Positions 30,713 to 42,017 of a stretch of DNA of 64,000 nucleotides are shown in pieces; within the stretch, counting starts at the first letter, position 1, and the number at the start of each line of letters is the position of its first letter. The stretch is from an uncultured virus (IMG/VR IMGVR_UViG_3300012954_000006). Taxonomy: Duplodnaviria; Heunggongvirae; Uroviricota; Caudoviricetes. The notes below the pieces were generated by a model. It worked only from the letters and a program-made list of their open reading frames with translations. It made no database searches and was not told the DNA's origin. The stretch lies in IMG/VR virus record IMGVR_UViG_3300012954_000006. The stretch is one strand, 5' to 3'. The position numbers and the translations under genes were made by a program.

Positions 30713-31163
30713 TTTTTGTGCAAAAAAATAAGTGCTAACAAAAATTATATTGCATATCTTTATTAGCACTACTGTTTTAAAATGGTAAGATTCCGTCATC
30801 ATTACTTGCTATTTGTTGCTGTGACCCTCTAGTAATATTATCTCGCTCTATTTTTCTAGCAAAAGCAATGGCATAGTCAAATATCTTGCGTAAGGTGCTA
30901 AAATCAAGTTCCTTTATTGCATCATTTTTAGTGTACCATTGATGAGGAACTTTGTGTGTTTCATTCCACCATGAGCCATTTTGATAGGTGTAGCCAAACA
31001 AATCAAAGACAATATCTTGTTGCACTTCTATACTCAATGATTTATCTAGCCTGTTAGGTGTATTTGTCAATATCTGTAACTTTTTTACATTAGTAGTTTA
31101 TTGGTAGTATTACTACACACAATACTCTTTATACAGTAAAACATGTTAAATTTAGGTTCACAA

Positions 31164-31640
31164 TTAACATATTTTACCATCATAATCAAACATTGTAGTA
31201 TGATTTATATTGTCACACCATTTATCAAACAACTGCTTTTCTCTTTGGTAGTTTCGCTCATCTGATAGCCATTGCTCTAAAATATTTAAAAGCTTGACAG
31301 ATGTTGCTTTCGCTCCTTCCCATTCTAAAACAGCTATATTACTGCCGCTGTAAGCCACATGCCCTCTATTTGAAAACCATATCGTTGCTGTTGTGTAGTA
31401 TTTGGCTACCTTATAGTCAATAGATACTTTTTCCTGCTGTTGTACTACTTTGTAGCGATATGGTTTAATGGATTTGTTTGTATCGCCAAACCTAACATAG
31501 TCACCACCTATTTTTTCCTTCAAAACTAATTGTCTATTGTCTGCAAACTCCATAGCCTGTATTTCATCTAATCTTGCAAATACATCGTCCAAAGAGTCGT
31601 TTACAGTCCATATTTTCATAGCATTTATTTTGTACTTCAT
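31164..31640 (-). CDS. hypothetical protein
   Basis: 158-aa ORF. Confidence 0.6.
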   Translation of the reverse strand: MKYKINAMKIWTVNDSLDDVFARLDEIQAMEFADNRQLVLKEKIGGDYVRFGDTNKSIKPYRYKVVQQQEKVSIDYKVAKYYTTATIWFSNRGHVAYSGSNIAVLEWEGAKATSVKLLNILEQWLSDERNYQREKQLFDKWCDNINHTTMFDYDGKIC

Positions 31641-31643
31641 TAG

Positions 31644-31967
31644 TTATTTTTTTTGATTAGCTTGCTCTTGCTGTGCCTTCAACATGCTATCTAATCGCTC
31701 TCGAAAACTGCCTTTGTGTCGCTTTTCTGCTCGTTGTTGTCGTTTCTCTATTTCTTTGTTTATCTCTTCCTTATTGTAAAGGACATAAAGCAATGCAAAA
31801 ATCCACTTCCCTGCAATTATTACAATATTAAAAATAAGCCAATACAAAATAGCATAAGGTACTGCGTCTGTTGCTGTAAACCCATAAATAAAATAATTGC
31901 CTAAATAAAACCATACTAGCAAACCAAATTGCCAATACATATTTCTTGTTGTGTTTTTTGTACTCAT
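31644..31967 (-). CDS. membrane protein
   Basis: Two hydrophobic helices then charged tail. Confidence 0.65.
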   Translation of the reverse strand: MSTKNTTRNMYWQFGLLVWFYLGNYFIYGFTATDAVPYAILYWLIFNIVIIAGKWIFALLYVLYNKEEINKEIEKRQQRAEKRHKGSFRERLDSMLKAQQEQANQKK

Positions 31968-31981
31968 ATTAATTATATTAT

Positions 31982-32632
31982 TTAACCTAACAATACTAAT
32001 CGTGGATAACTAAGATGGTGTTTGTACTTTTCTGACTGCCAATATTTTTTGTCTAGTTGGGCGTAAACATCTAAAGTAGTTCTTATTGTTAATTTACTAC
32101 CATATCTATAAACCGCCCTTTTGCCATTAAAGTCATACATCAAATCTGGCTGATACGGCAACCGATGCCTCACATCATCTCTTATGATGAGCCTACAAAA
32201 TTTAAAAGAATATACTACCTGACTAAACCTTACAACTCCTTCTTGCGTAACTGTTGCAAAGCCAATGACATTACAAAAGCCCTTTTCATTTTTTTCTTGT
32301 TCGTAAAAACCTGCATCGTAATTATTTAATAGAAGGCCTTGATTTGTAAGTATAGTACCGTATGCATCTCTATGCTTACCTACTAAACCGATACCATCTA
32401 CAACATCCTCTACTTCAATATGACATTGAGATACAAAATTAAGCTTACCTTCTTTATACCATACCACATCATCGGTACAGAACTCAACATATATTTCTTT
32501 CTTTTTAAAATCCACAAAACGTGATTCATTTTCACTATAACCAAAAAAAACATCTTCACTTAGTTTTTTGGTAATGACCTTAAAAGACATGATATTACTT
32601 AATATCATGTCATGTAGAGACTCTTTATTCAT
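31982..32632 (-). CDS. hypothetical protein
   Basis: 216-aa ORF. Confidence 0.65.
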   Translation of the reverse strand: MNKESLHDMILSNIMSFKVITKKLSEDVFFGYSENESRFVDFKKKEIYVEFCTDDVVWYKEGKLNFVSQCHIEVEDVVDGIGLVGKHRDAYGTILTNQGLLLNNYDAGFYEQEKNEKGFCNVIGFATVTQEGVVRFSQVVYSFKFCRLIIRDDVRHRLPYQPDLMYDFNGKRAVYRYGSKLTIRTTLDVYAQLDKKYWQSEKYKHHLSYPRLVLLG

Positions 32633-33209
32633 GTAGCGATTGTTTTAATTTTTCCCAAGCAGGGCAATATTTTGCATCTTTCCGACTAACCAATATAGGA
32701 TTTTCACTAGATATTAGTAGTATTGACTCATTTTCCCAAAATACAAGATTATAGTCAATAATGTGCGATTCCTCCGCTACCAACAAAGGCATATTTTGTG
32801 CAATAGTTTCTTTCGCTCCTATCTTTTCGTTGCCTAATAAGTTTAGTGCTTCAAGAAATGCTTTATCGATATAGTCTTGCTGTATTGCATCAATGATATT
32901 GTTACTGCTAGATATGTTTTGTTTCTTGAGTTGCCAAACCTGTGTTTGAGTAGCATCTTTCCAAGTCACTAAAATAGTTTCTTGCACCAACTCTCTTAAA
33001 ATATCTTTCAGATGAATGCTTTGCGTCTTGCCATTACACTTGACATAAAATTCACTCGTTATTGATTGCTTGAAATGAGCGTAATATCTAAAGTCAGCTA
33101 AGTATAAGGTGTCATTTAACTCTCGAAATGTAACAGTGTGCGATATGCCTACTGTGTTTTTCATAATGCAAATGACAATGTTTTTGAATAAATGTTCGTT
33201 AAATTGCAT
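32625..33209 (-). CDS. hypothetical protein
   Basis: 194-aa ORF, promoter box at 33230-33237. Confidence 0.65.
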   Translation of the reverse strand: MQFNEHLFKNIVICIMKNTVGISHTVTFRELNDTLYLADFRYYAHFKQSITSEFYVKCNGKTQSIHLKDILRELVQETILVTWKDATQTQVWQLKKQNISSSNNIIDAIQQDYIDKAFLEALNLLGNEKIGAKETIAQNMPLLVAEESHIIDYNLVFWENESILLISSENPILVSRKDAKYCPAWEKLKQSLHE

Positions 33210-33280
33210 TGTAATCTTATTAATTTATTCAAAGATAGTTCTTTTTTTTGAGTTTTTCCATTTTTGTGCGAAAAACTAGC

Positions 33281-33350
33281 AAAAAGTCTCCTTTCTGCGT
33301 AGCGTCAGTAGTAACTATATTTATAGTTGAAAGCAATGATTCGCAAAAGA
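33281..33350. repeat. element family A, copy 3
   Basis: TTTCTGCGTAGCGTCAGTAGTAACTATATTTATAGTTGAAAGCAATGATTCGCAAAAG. Confidence 0.9.
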
Positions 33351-33391
33351 ACCATCATTATAATACTAAAACAATAGCATAAAGAGTTTTT

Positions 33392-33445
33392 TATTTCTGC
33401 GTTCTATAAATAGAACGCTTATTCTATTTATAGAACGCAGAAATA
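33392..33445. repeat. nested palindrome family B, copy 1
   Basis: Perfect 24-bp arms TATTTCTGCGTTCTATAAATAGAA-CGCTTA-TTCTATTTATAGAACGCAGAAATA. Confidence 0.9.
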
Positions 33446-33458
33446 TCTAGTAAAACAA

Positions 33459-33701
33459 TTAACCTATTATCTTTGCTTCGCCATATTCAATGGTCATACT
33501 TAACTTTACAGGCAACACTACCTCTCTATCACACCCTCCACAATAACCACCTATATTTTCGACTTTGTTTAATGTGGGATAACTTAAAACTGAAAAATCA
33601 ATATCACATTTGCAATTAGGACACTTTATATCTATGGCGTGTCCTACATACAGATGCTTTACATCCAGTTCGTACTGACCCGTAACTACTGCTTTCTTCA
33701 T
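33459..33701 (-). CDS. small zinc-ribbon protein
   Basis: CPNC...CGGC. Confidence 0.6.
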   Translation of the reverse strand: MKKAVVTGQYELDVKHLYVGHAIDIKCPNCKCDIDFSVLSYPTLNKVENIGGYCGGCDREVVLPVKLSMTIEYGEAKIIG

Positions 33702-33707
33702 ATTGCC

Positions 33708-34418
33708 TTACCATTTAAATGATGAATAATTGAAATTATCATTTTCCAAATATCGCCCTGCATCAAACCCTTGCCTTACATATTTGGCACGATAGCGAAC
33801 TTCGCCTTTGTGTTCCATTTGCCAAACAGCACCCTCTGGAAAACCACCCACACACTTAGCAAATACAGAGCCTTTATTAAGCTCCGCTTCTAGATCTGCA
33901 AAATCGACACCGCTGTGTTCACAATAAAGTAGTCGAGGAGGATGTAAGCCTACCTGTTCTACTTTTTCTTTCATCTGGAAGTAATGGTTTTCTTTATTTT
34001 GGCTATCAAAAATACCTAGTACCACCAACAGGTCTATTTCGTTTTTAATATCGTATATTGTACCATGCCGTTGTAATAGCCATTCACAAACACAACGCTC
34101 CCCATCTTTTAATAACAATAAAAATTTTAAAGCGTATTTATTGACGAAATTTACAAAATATTGTAGATGTAAAAAAGGAGCATCGCAACACAAATAGCCA
34201 TTTCGCTGAATACATATTAATTCATACCCCTTTCGTAGTATAGTAGTATTTGAACCATCATATTTTTCAGTTACAATAACAAGGTCTTTTTTGCACTTTA
34301 ATCGCTTTTTTCCTATTAGGTAATCGTTCTTGGGCAAATCAATATTCCTGTCTGCTGTGCCTACTTTTGAGCCATACAAATGACCTATACTATAGTATTG
34401 CTTTCCGTAAGGTTTCAT
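33708..34418 (-). CDS. ATP-dependent RNA ligase family protein (Rnl2-like)
   Basis: Motif I VTEKYDGSN, motif IV PEGAVW, motif V RAKYV. Confidence 0.8.
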   Translation of the reverse strand: MKPYGKQYYSIGHLYGSKVGTADRNIDLPKNDYLIGKKRLKCKKDLVIVTEKYDGSNTTILRKGYELICIQRNGYLCCDAPFLHLQYFVNFVNKYALKFLLLLKDGERCVCEWLLQRHGTIYDIKNEIDLLVVLGIFDSQNKENHYFQMKEKVEQVGLHPPRLLYCEHSGVDFADLEAELNKGSVFAKCVGGFPEGAVWQMEHKGEVRYRAKYVRQGFDAGRYLENDNFNYSSFKW

Positions 34419-34734
34419 GTTTTATTCGTACCTACTTTTAAACGGCTATCTTTTAGCGTAATGCGATACTCCTCAATAACACCATTAAACCTTTCATCTC
34501 CCAATATTTCTATACTAACATTACCATTAACATCTACTTTATATGGTTCCGGTGTATTGGTTATGTATGAAAAGCCGTACCGACTTTTATCTTCTGATTC
34601 TTCATTTGTAAGTTTTCTAATATGTTTACCATCATACAATTTACTTAATGGAAACTTTAAGTTATCCATTATGATACAATGAGCTGCTGTTACGTTATAA
34701 GCCATATTTTTATCTATTTGTTTTTTTACTATTG

Positions 34735-34801
34735 CAAAGATAGTAATTTTTTAGCATATAAAAAAGCGTCTAACGATAGTTAATGTTACCGCTAGACGCT
34801 T
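34735..34801 (-). terminator. intrinsic terminator followed by TAnnTTTG promoter
   Basis: AAGCGTCTAGCGGTAAC..ACTATCGTTAGACGCTTTTTT with G-U pairs on minus strand; TATCTTTG at 34735-34742. Confidence 0.7.
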
Positions 34802-34805
34802 ATCA

Positions 34806-35174
34806 TTATTGTTTTAAATATTCTTGCCGTTCCTTGTGCCAAAAGTAATAAGTAGGTATCGCTGCCACTATCCAAAGTGTTGTTCTGACAATATATTTAG
34901 TAGGTGATTCGTTATCAAGATATTCAGATACATCTACACCAAACAAAATCAATAAAACGCCCAAAACATCCAGCACAAGCAGGAGTATGTTCAAAAAGAA
35001 CAATTCATTGGGAAAAGATACTTTTTGATTTGCCCTTTCATACTCCCTTACACATAATAAAAACAACAATACCACAGCATCAGAGTACACAAACAAACTG
35101 GGGTGGAAAAGCCAAAAAATCAAGTATAGTGCAGATAGGAACAATCCCCCAATAACATAGTTAAGTCCTTTCAT
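34806..35174 (-). CDS. multi-pass membrane protein
   Basis: About 4 hydrophobic segments. Confidence 0.65.
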   Translation of the reverse strand: MKGLNYVIGGLFLSALYLIFWLFHPSLFVYSDAVVLLFLLCVREYERANQKVSFPNELFFLNILLLVLDVLGVLLILFGVDVSEYLDNESPTKYIVRTTLWIVAAIPTYYFWHKERQEYLKQ

Positions 35175-35738
35175 TTTTTAAAATTTACTTCCTTATAAAT
35201 ACTTTAGTAAATGTAAAAGTTTCCAAAGCCTTTATTTTGTTTCGTAAAGCCTTTATTTGTTTTGTCTTTTTTTTATAGTAAAATTCCTTTGCCTCCTCTT
35301 CACTCAAAAAAGCATCTTTGCCAATTTTAAACAAATCATTATGACTTCTAGGTATCAACTCTTTTTCTGTTTTAGCATAACCATCATCTCTAACTTCATA
35401 ATTATAAGTTACAATAACGCTATGACGCAAGTTTTTACGAACAATAAACAAAGGTTTCTTTTTAGTTTATATCATCATTTGAATGCTTTTAAAAAATCAA
35501 CGTAACTAATGCCAGCAAGTGGAAGGGCTTGCGAAACATCATAAAAAGCGTTTTTGTTTAGCTCAAAACGCCTACATTTGTCATTGGGAAGGAAATCACT
35601 TGTAATCTCAATATATTTGCTTTCAATTATATTGTAATGGTAAGTCACTCCGATGTTATTAGGGTAGTGTTCACTAAATATAAAAATTGGTTTCGTTTTA
35701 ATTTCTATCATATTTTTAATTTGATTATTTTAAAAAAA

Positions 35739-38075
35739 TTACGCACCGCAAGCTTCACAATCTGGATTGTCGATGCTACATACCTGCCCATAATCATTTT
35801 GAGCAACGTTGTTTTTATCTACTGTAAACTTAATCGCACTAGCTGCCGCTTCCGTTCTTAGGTAGTACATACCTGTTTTTAATCCTTTTTGCCAAGCATA
35901 GTAATGTAGTTTCATCATTTTATTGACAGTAGCGTTTTGCATAAAGATATTCATGCTTTGGCTCTGGCAAATAAAAGCTCCTCTATCTGCTGCCATATCT
36001 ATCAAGTCGCCCTGCTTGATTTCCCAAACTGTTTTATACAAAGATTTCATTTCGTCTGATATAGGCAGATTTCGTACAGAGCCATTGTCAATTAATATCT
36101 GGTCTTTGGTGGCTTTATTCCATAACCCCAATACCATCAAGTCTTTTATCAAGTGTTTATTAGCCACCACATAAGACCCCGCTAACGTATTTCGTACATA
36201 GACATTAGCGGTATATGGCTCAATACATTCATTATTGCCTAATATTTGTGATGTGGTAGCAGTAGGCATCGGAGCGAGGAGGAGACTGTTTCTAATGCCA
36301 TGTTTGGCAATGGCTTTGCGTAAGTCCGTCCAATCATATTTCAAATCTTTGTCGGCTACGCCCCACATATCAAACTGCAAAACACCTTTGCTGACAGGCG
36401 AACCCCAATAACTGCTATATACACCACGCTCTTTGGCTAACTCGCAAGAAGCAGTCAAAGCACCATGATAGATGGTTTCAAAAATCTGCTTATTGAGTAG
36501 TTTTGCCTCCTCGCTATCAAATGGCAGTCGTAGCATCGAAAAGGCATCAGCCAAACCTTGTACACCTACGCCCATAGGACGATGTCTAAAATTAGAATTT
36601 TTGGATTCTGGTACAGGGTAATAGTTAATGTCAATAATATTATCTAAGTTTCTAGCAACCACTTGTGTTACTTGATGTAATTCCTCAAAATCAAATTGAC
36701 CATCTTTCACAAATTTAGATACGGCAATAGAAGCCAAATTACAAACGGCTATTTCATCTTTAGATGTATGTTCTAAAATCTCGGTGCAAAGATTTGAACT
36801 CTTGATAACACCTAAATTTTTCTGATTAGACTTTCTGTTAGCATGGTCTTTATATAGCATAAAAGGCATACCTGTCTCTATCTGTGTTTCACATATCTTT
36901 TTGTATAGTTTCCTTGCTTTCACAACTTTCAATGCCTTGCCGTCTTGCTCATACTGCTCATACAAAGTCTCAAACTCCTGCCCATAGCTCTCATTTAAGC
37001 CTTTACATACGTCTGGGCAAAACAATGACCAATCGCCATCCGCTGCTATACGCTTCATAAATAAATCAGGCATCCACAAGGCATAAAACAAGTCTCTCGC
37101 TCTCATTTCTTCTTTTCCGTGATTCTTCTTTAAATCCAAAAAGTCAAAGATGTCAGCGTGCCATGTTTCGAGATAAACCGCAAAAGCACCTTTTCGTTTC
37201 CCCCCGCCTTGGTCGACATATCTAGCAGTATTATTGAACACTTGTAACATCGGTACGATACCATTTGATTCGCCACCTGTACCACGAATATAGCTTCCTT
37301 TGGCTCTGATATTGCTAATGCTCAAACCAATACCGCCTGCTGCTTGTGAGATACTGGCACATTGCGACAATGTGTCGTATATCCCTTTGATACTATCCTC
37401 TTGCATTGTCAATAAAAAGCAAGATGACAACTGTTGTTTTTTAGTACCTGCATTAAATAGCGTTGGCGTAGCATGAGTGAAGTAGCGTTGAGACATCAAG
37501 CGATATGTCTCTAATGCTTTATTGGTATCACTGCCATGTATCGCAATAGCAGTACGCATAATCATGTATTGAGGGCGTTCTACTATATGCCCATCAATGC
37601 GGAGGAGGTAAGAACGCATCAAGGTCTTAATGCCCATGTATGTATATTGATAGTCTAGGTCTTGATTGATAGCGTCATCCCAGACATCTGCATACTCCCT
37701 AACTAACGCCATGTAGCCTGCACTCAAAAGACTGCAACTGCCTAAAGCCTCGCTTTTGTGCTGATATAACGCTTCCATCGTTTCGCTAAAACTGTTGTTG
37801 GTTTGTTTATGTAAATTAGATACCGTAATACGAGCCGCTAAAGTGGAGTAGTCAGGATGTGTTTGTGACAATGCTAACGACTCCGCTGTTTCTGCTGCTA
37901 ACTCATCTAGTTTAGACGTAGGTATGCCATCATACAACCCCCCAATAACTTCTTTACACAAGAGGACAGTATCTAACATTGGCGACAGTCCATCTGACAA
38001 ATGTTTGATACGTTTTAATATCTTATCGAAGGACACCGCCTCTCGTGTGCCATTTCTTTTTATAACTTGCTGCAT
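35739..38075 (-). CDS. nrdA: ribonucleoside-diphosphate reductase class Ia alpha subunit
   Basis: ATP-cone [55 protein letters not shown]-terminal CEACGA; start MQQVIK at 38075. Confidence 0.97.
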   Translation of the reverse strand: MQQVIKRNGTREAVSFDKILKRIKHLSDGLSPMLDTVLLCKEVIGGLYDGIPTSKLDELAAETAESLALSQTHPDYSTLAARITVSNLHKQTNNSFSETMEALYQHKSEALGSCSLLSAGYMALVREYADVWDDAINQDLDYQYTYMGIKTLMRSYLLRIDGHIVERPQYMIMRTAIAIHGSDTNKALETYRLMSQRYFTHATPTLFNAGTKKQQLSSCFLLTMQEDSIKGIYDTLSQCASISQAAGGIGLSISNIRAKGSYIRGTGGESNGIVPMLQVFNNTARYVDQGGGKRKGAFAVYLETWHADIFDFLDLKKNHGKEEMRARDLFYALWMPDLFMKRIAADGDWSLFCPDVCKGLNESYGQEFETLYEQYEQDGKALKVVKARKLYKKICETQIETGMPFMLYKDHANRKSNQKNLGVIKSSNLCTEILEHTSKDEIAVCNLASIAVSKFVKDGQFDFEELHQVTQVVARNLDNIIDINYYPVPESKNSNFRHRPMGVGVQGLADAFSMLRLPFDSEEAKLLNKQIFETIYHGALTASCELAKERGVYSSYWGSPVSKGVLQFDMWGVADKDLKYDWTDLRKAIAKHGIRNSLLLAPMPTATTSQILGNNECIEPYTANVYVRNTLAGSYVVANKHLIKDLMVLGLWNKATKDQILIDNGSVRNLPISDEMKSLYKTVWEIKQGDLIDMAADRGAFICQSQSMNIFMQNATVNKMMKLHYYAWQKGLKTGMYYLRTEAAASAIKFTVDKNNVAQNDYGQVCSIDNPDCEACGA

Positions 38076-38186
38076 AGTAATATTCTTATTCTTTGAATGA
38101 ATGCTCATAGGCAAAATGATAATTATAGTATTAGGATATGGTTATGTAATAGCGATAGCAATGTATGTTACTATCGCTCAATATAT

Positions 38187-39167
38187 TTAGAAGTCAAGCG
38201 AACCGCCAAAGTCAAGAAGCACATCATCATCTTTTGTAGCAACATTAGGCTTTTGATATTCGCCTACTCGCTTCTCGAAAAAATTAGTTTTTCCACTAAG
38301 GCTTATTAACTCCATAAAAGGAAAAGGATTGGTCGTGTGATATACTTTAGGCACACCCAATTCCTGTAATAGTCTATCAGCGACAAACTCGATATACTGA
38401 CACATCAACTTGGCATTCATACCAATTAAAGATACAGGCAAGGCCTCACTGACAAACTCTTTTTCAAACTCCACAGCATCTTGAATGATTTGCTGCACTT
38501 CCGCTGGGGCTAACTTTTCTTGCAACATACTGTATAGCAAACAAGCGAAGTCACAATGCAATCCCTCGTCTCTGCTAATGAGTTCGTTGGAAAAGGTAAG
38601 CCCTGGCATCAATCCACGCTTTTTGAGCCAAAAGATAGCACAAAAACTGCCGCTAAAAAAGATACCTTCTACTGCTGCAAAGGCTATCAGGCGATGTGCG
38701 AAACTCGGTGATTCGTCTATCCAACGCAACGCCCAATCAGCTTTTTTCTTGACACACGGTAAAGTCTCTAAAGCGTTAAATAAATAGGTTCGCTCCCGCA
38801 CATCTTTGATATAGGTATCTATAAGCAAACTATATGTCTCTGCATGAATATTCTCTATCGCCACTTGAAAACCATAGAAACAACGAGCTTCTGGAATTTG
38901 TACCTCACGCATAAAATTCAACACTAAGTTTTCGTTTACGATGCCATCCGATGCTGCAAAAAAAGCAAGGACGTGTTTAATGAAATGACGTTCATTATCA
39001 TTGAGTTTATCTTGCCAGTCGGTCATATCTGGCGCTAAATCAATCTCTTCGGCTGTCCAAAAACTAGCCTCCGCTTGCTTGTACATTTCCCAAATCTTAT
39101 CGTACTTGATGGGAAATAGTACAAAACGCTGTTTATTTTCTTTTAAAATTGGTTCTTTTGTGTCCAT
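38187..39167 (-). CDS. nrdB: ribonucleoside-diphosphate reductase class Ia beta subunit
   Basis: [58 protein letters not shown]. Confidence 0.97.
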   Translation of the reverse strand: MDTKEPILKENKQRFVLFPIKYDKIWEMYKQAEASFWTAEEIDLAPDMTDWQDKLNDNERHFIKHVLAFFAASDGIVNENLVLNFMREVQIPEARCFYGFQVAIENIHAETYSLLIDTYIKDVRERTYLFNALETLPCVKKKADWALRWIDESPSFAHRLIAFAAVEGIFFSGSFCAIFWLKKRGLMPGLTFSNELISRDEGLHCDFACLLYSMLQEKLAPAEVQQIIQDAVEFEKEFVSEALPVSLIGMNAKLMCQYIEFVADRLLQELGVPKVYHTTNPFPFMELISLSGKTNFFEKRVGEYQKPNVATKDDDVLLDFGGSLDF

Positions 39168-39171
39168 CTTG

Positions 39172-39828
39172 TTATTTATAAATTTGATGTTTTAAATATC
39201 TAATGTCTATATGATTGTTGCAATTATCAGCACACAGTAGTTCGAGAGCATCTGAATAACCAAGTATAGCTGCTTGACGTATATATTTGATGTAGCCTTG
39301 TATATTTTCAAACTGCTCTTTCTCAAAAGCTATTAATCCGTATATATCAAAGTGCCACTCCTGCAATTGCCTCATAATAGCAAATATGTTGTGGCAATAT
39401 ATTAACTCTTCATGGCAGCGTAAATAACAAGACTTGTCGCTAACAACTTCAAACTTATATCGCTCGCCTTTCCATTCAAATGAATAAGCAGCTACTAAAT
39501 CACTACCTATTACCGTGCTATTGTAGCTAATATCTGTCGCTGTTTCTGTTAAAGTTTTTTTAGTGTCAAGTGCCATCATTGCCAGACGTTCTATATATCG
39601 TTTAGGCGTAATAAAGCGATTGCTGGCATCAAAATACTTGTTGCTCAAGTCATAGAAGGAACGTAAAATTACCTTAGCCTCCTTTTTGTTTACCTTCTGC
39701 TCCAACTCTTGTATGGTAATCATTCGGTCTTTATGTGGATTGTTTACGCCATACAATCGCCATTGTTCTTTTTCCTTGACTAGTGCTAATATATTGTAAG
39801 GAAAATACTCTAATATCTTTTTGTTCAT
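39172..39828 (-). CDS. conserved phage hypothetical protein
   Basis: YFPY..., [20 protein letters not shown] pattern recalled from Bacteroidota phages. Confidence 0.6.
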   Translation of the reverse strand: MNKKILEYFPYNILALVKEKEQWRLYGVNNPHKDRMITIQELEQKVNKKEAKVILRSFYDLSNKYFDASNRFITPKRYIERLAMMALDTKKTLTETATDISYNSTVIGSDLVAAYSFEWKGERYKFEVVSDKSCYLRCHEELIYCHNIFAIMRQLQEWHFDIYGLIAFEKEQFENIQGYIKYIRQAAILGYSDALELLCADNCNNHIDIRYLKHQIYK

Positions 39829-39836
39829 AATTTGTT

Positions 39837-40586
39837 TTATATTAATATTAATTCTTCATCTAACTCCTGTCCTGATAATATCTTGTTTTTTTGTTGATGT
39901 GGCAGATACAAGTAATATATCCAAGTCCTATATTGCCTGTCGAAAGTTATTTTGCTAACATAGAGGAGGCGAAAACGCCTTGACTTTTTTTGATAACACC
40001 AAATAAGCTTGTCTCCTTCTTTGAACTTAGGCTTTATCAAATGTTGGCTTTCAACAAGTTTTCGCTTGATAGGATATATGTCTATATCAGTAAGGGGTCT
40101 ATTACATCTAAAGGGAAGTATTTTTTTTGTTTCGTTACTGCAAACACCTATTTGATAAGTAAAGCGTGTGGTGCTTTTTGGGGCAGTAATAACCTCTAAA
40201 ACAATAGCATAGCTATCTTTTTTTGAAAAGTATTGCTCATGTCCTTTCACACCCACCTCTTGTCCAATGTGATATTTACTCTTAGGTATGTTGGGAGTGC
40301 GAAGCCGACCACTTAGTTGAGACAAGGATATATCAATATGATTAGCTTGCAAAAACTCGTGATAAGCTATTCTTACAAGCATAGGTAGCCATGTTCCTAT
40401 ATATTGAAATCCCCCTTCCTGTGCCTCTATATGTCCTTCTTTGCCTTTGCCATTAGAGATGCTAAAAAAAGCCGTGTAAAGCGTTTTTGCTACACCATCA
40501 TTATAAACAAAGAAACCTTTACTCATACCAATTAACTTATTGCAATCTATCTGCATACCATAAAATTTCAACACACAAATTTGCAA
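39837..40586 (-). CDS. hypothetical protein with tandem SH3-like barrels
   Basis: SKYHIGQEV and PKFKEGDKL repeats. Confidence 0.55.
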   Translation of the reverse strand: MQICVLKFYGMQIDCNKLIGMSKGFFVYNDGVAKTLYTAFFSISNGKGKEGHIEAQEGGFQYIGTWLPMLVRIAYHEFLQANHIDISLSQLSGRLRTPNIPKSKYHIGQEVGVKGHEQYFSKKDSYAIVLEVITAPKSTTRFTYQIGVCSNETKKILPFRCNRPLTDIDIYPIKRKLVESQHLIKPKFKEGDKLIWCYQKKSRRFRLLYVSKITFDRQYRTWIYYLYLPHQQKNKILSGQELDEELILI

Positions 40587-40648
40587 TATAATCTTTTATC
40601 AGAACTCATGGAAATAGTTAGTATGAGCATTACCTTTGTGACCTAGCA

Positions 40649-40742
40649 CAAACATAGGTATTTTTTTTGGTTTTTTCATATTTTATAATAAATTTCTTGC
40701 ACTAAAAGTAAAAAGCTTGAACCAATAACAGTTCAAGCTTTC
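40649..40742 (-). promoter_or_regulatory. terminator + promoter cassette
   Basis: AAAAGCTTGAAC..GTTCAAGCTTTT hairpin, then TATGAAAAAACCAAAAAAAATACC-TATGTTTG. Confidence 0.75.
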
Positions 40743-40761
40743 ATAAAACAATTTATACAAA

Positions 40762-41877
40762 CTAATTCAAATGCAACGATTTATTATACTCAAAGCCTAC
40801 CGACCGATTAATAGGCAACCCAACACATCTTGGGTAGTCATAGCCTTGCTGCGAAATATAGCAGCTTTGCCCTGTTTCAATATGCACCAATTCAACAACA
40901 CAGTCAAAAACGGTAGCATCATATAGAGCCATTTCCGAATCTGTCATTTTATTAAAACTTTGCGGTGTATTAGCAAAACAATTGATTTCCATTAAATTTT
41001 CTACTGCAAAATCCCAATGCTTTTTAGTTAATTCCATTTTCCCTACTACACAAACATGGCGTTCGTCGAAAAGTCCAGATGTAACGCCTACAATATACTC
41101 ATTTAATGTATTGCCTTTGCTGAAATGTGCAAACCTTGCGTTAGTGATATAAAAATCTTTCTTGTCATAAGCAAGAAATTCCACTTCTTCATTGAAGGAC
41201 ACTCTCTCTTGATTTATTTGAGCAACTCGCTGTTGGTATCGCTTTTCTGCTGCTTCTTTTTGGAGCATTTCTTTTTCAGTTATCTTAAAATCCATATCAT
41301 ACTCATTTATCTCTTTTACTGCTCCATTGCATTTCACTTGGTAAGACACCCTATTGTTTTTTATTAGCACATCCACAACTTCATATTCTTTGTACTTTTG
41401 CTCTTGATAATACTTGTCGTATCTAATATCTCCTACTTGATATTTAGGCATTGCTTTTTTAGACTGAATATTTTGCTCCTCTATATACATATCAAAAGCC
41501 ATGTGTTCAATATCTGTGTCCATATACTCATAACGCAAGTTGTAACAATTACCATTTCTCGCTGTTGCATATATTTGAATGTTTGCTCGATTGCGACAAA
41601 GTACGAAGGTATGACATTTAATACCGCTATTACTATCTTTCTCTGGAATAGACTTTGCAACGTCTGCTTTCCAAAATGCTGCGATGGTTTTAAATACAGG
41701 GTTTGTATATTTCAAAGTATAATCACAATCAGCCAAAGCTGCCTTTACTTTCCATGTTAAAACAGTAGCATGTTTAATCGTTACCGTAATGCCATATACA
41801 GAACGTGTTTTTACTCCTACCATTCTTGAATTGTACCCAATGTTTTTTAATCTCTGTCGTATTAACTTTGCGGTCAT
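40762..41877 (-). CDS. hypothetical multidomain early protein in its own promoter/terminator cassette
   Basis: 371 aa; promoter TATCTTTG at 41908-41915. Confidence 0.7.
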   Translation of the reverse strand: MTAKLIRQRLKNIGYNSRMVGVKTRSVYGITVTIKHATVLTWKVKAALADCDYTLKYTNPVFKTIAAFWKADVAKSIPEKDSNSGIKCHTFVLCRNRANIQIYATARNGNCYNLRYEYMDTDIEHMAFDMYIEEQNIQSKKAMPKYQVGDIRYDKYYQEQKYKEYEVVDVLIKNNRVSYQVKCNGAVKEINEYDMDFKITEKEMLQKEAAEKRYQQRVAQINQERVSFNEEVEFLAYDKKDFYITNARFAHFSKGNTLNEYIVGVTSGLFDERHVCVVGKMELTKKHWDFAVENLMEINCFANTPQSFNKMTDSEMALYDATVFDCVVELVHIETGQSCYISQQGYDYPRCVGLPINRSVGFEYNKSLHLN

Positions 41878-42017
41878 TATGTTTTTATTTTACTAATTAC
41901 TGATACACAAAGATACTAAATTTCACGGTGTTTTTCTAGTTTGTTCATATTTTTTTGCAAAAAAAGGTAGCACAAATATTCTTGCACTACCTTTTCAAAT
42001 ATTTCCCCTCTACTATC

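Noticed and set aside
30658..30741. N-terminal extensions such as KKYEKIKKNTIFV (also at 18533, 46166, 51735, 52730)
   Set aside because: They are the promoter motif read as codons; downstream ATGs are the likely starts
35739..39167. Eukaryotic or giant-virus origin suggested by eukaryote-like RNR
   Set aside because: This RNR subtype also occurs in Bacteroidota, and the promoters, terminators and operon-like packing are bacterial-phage-like
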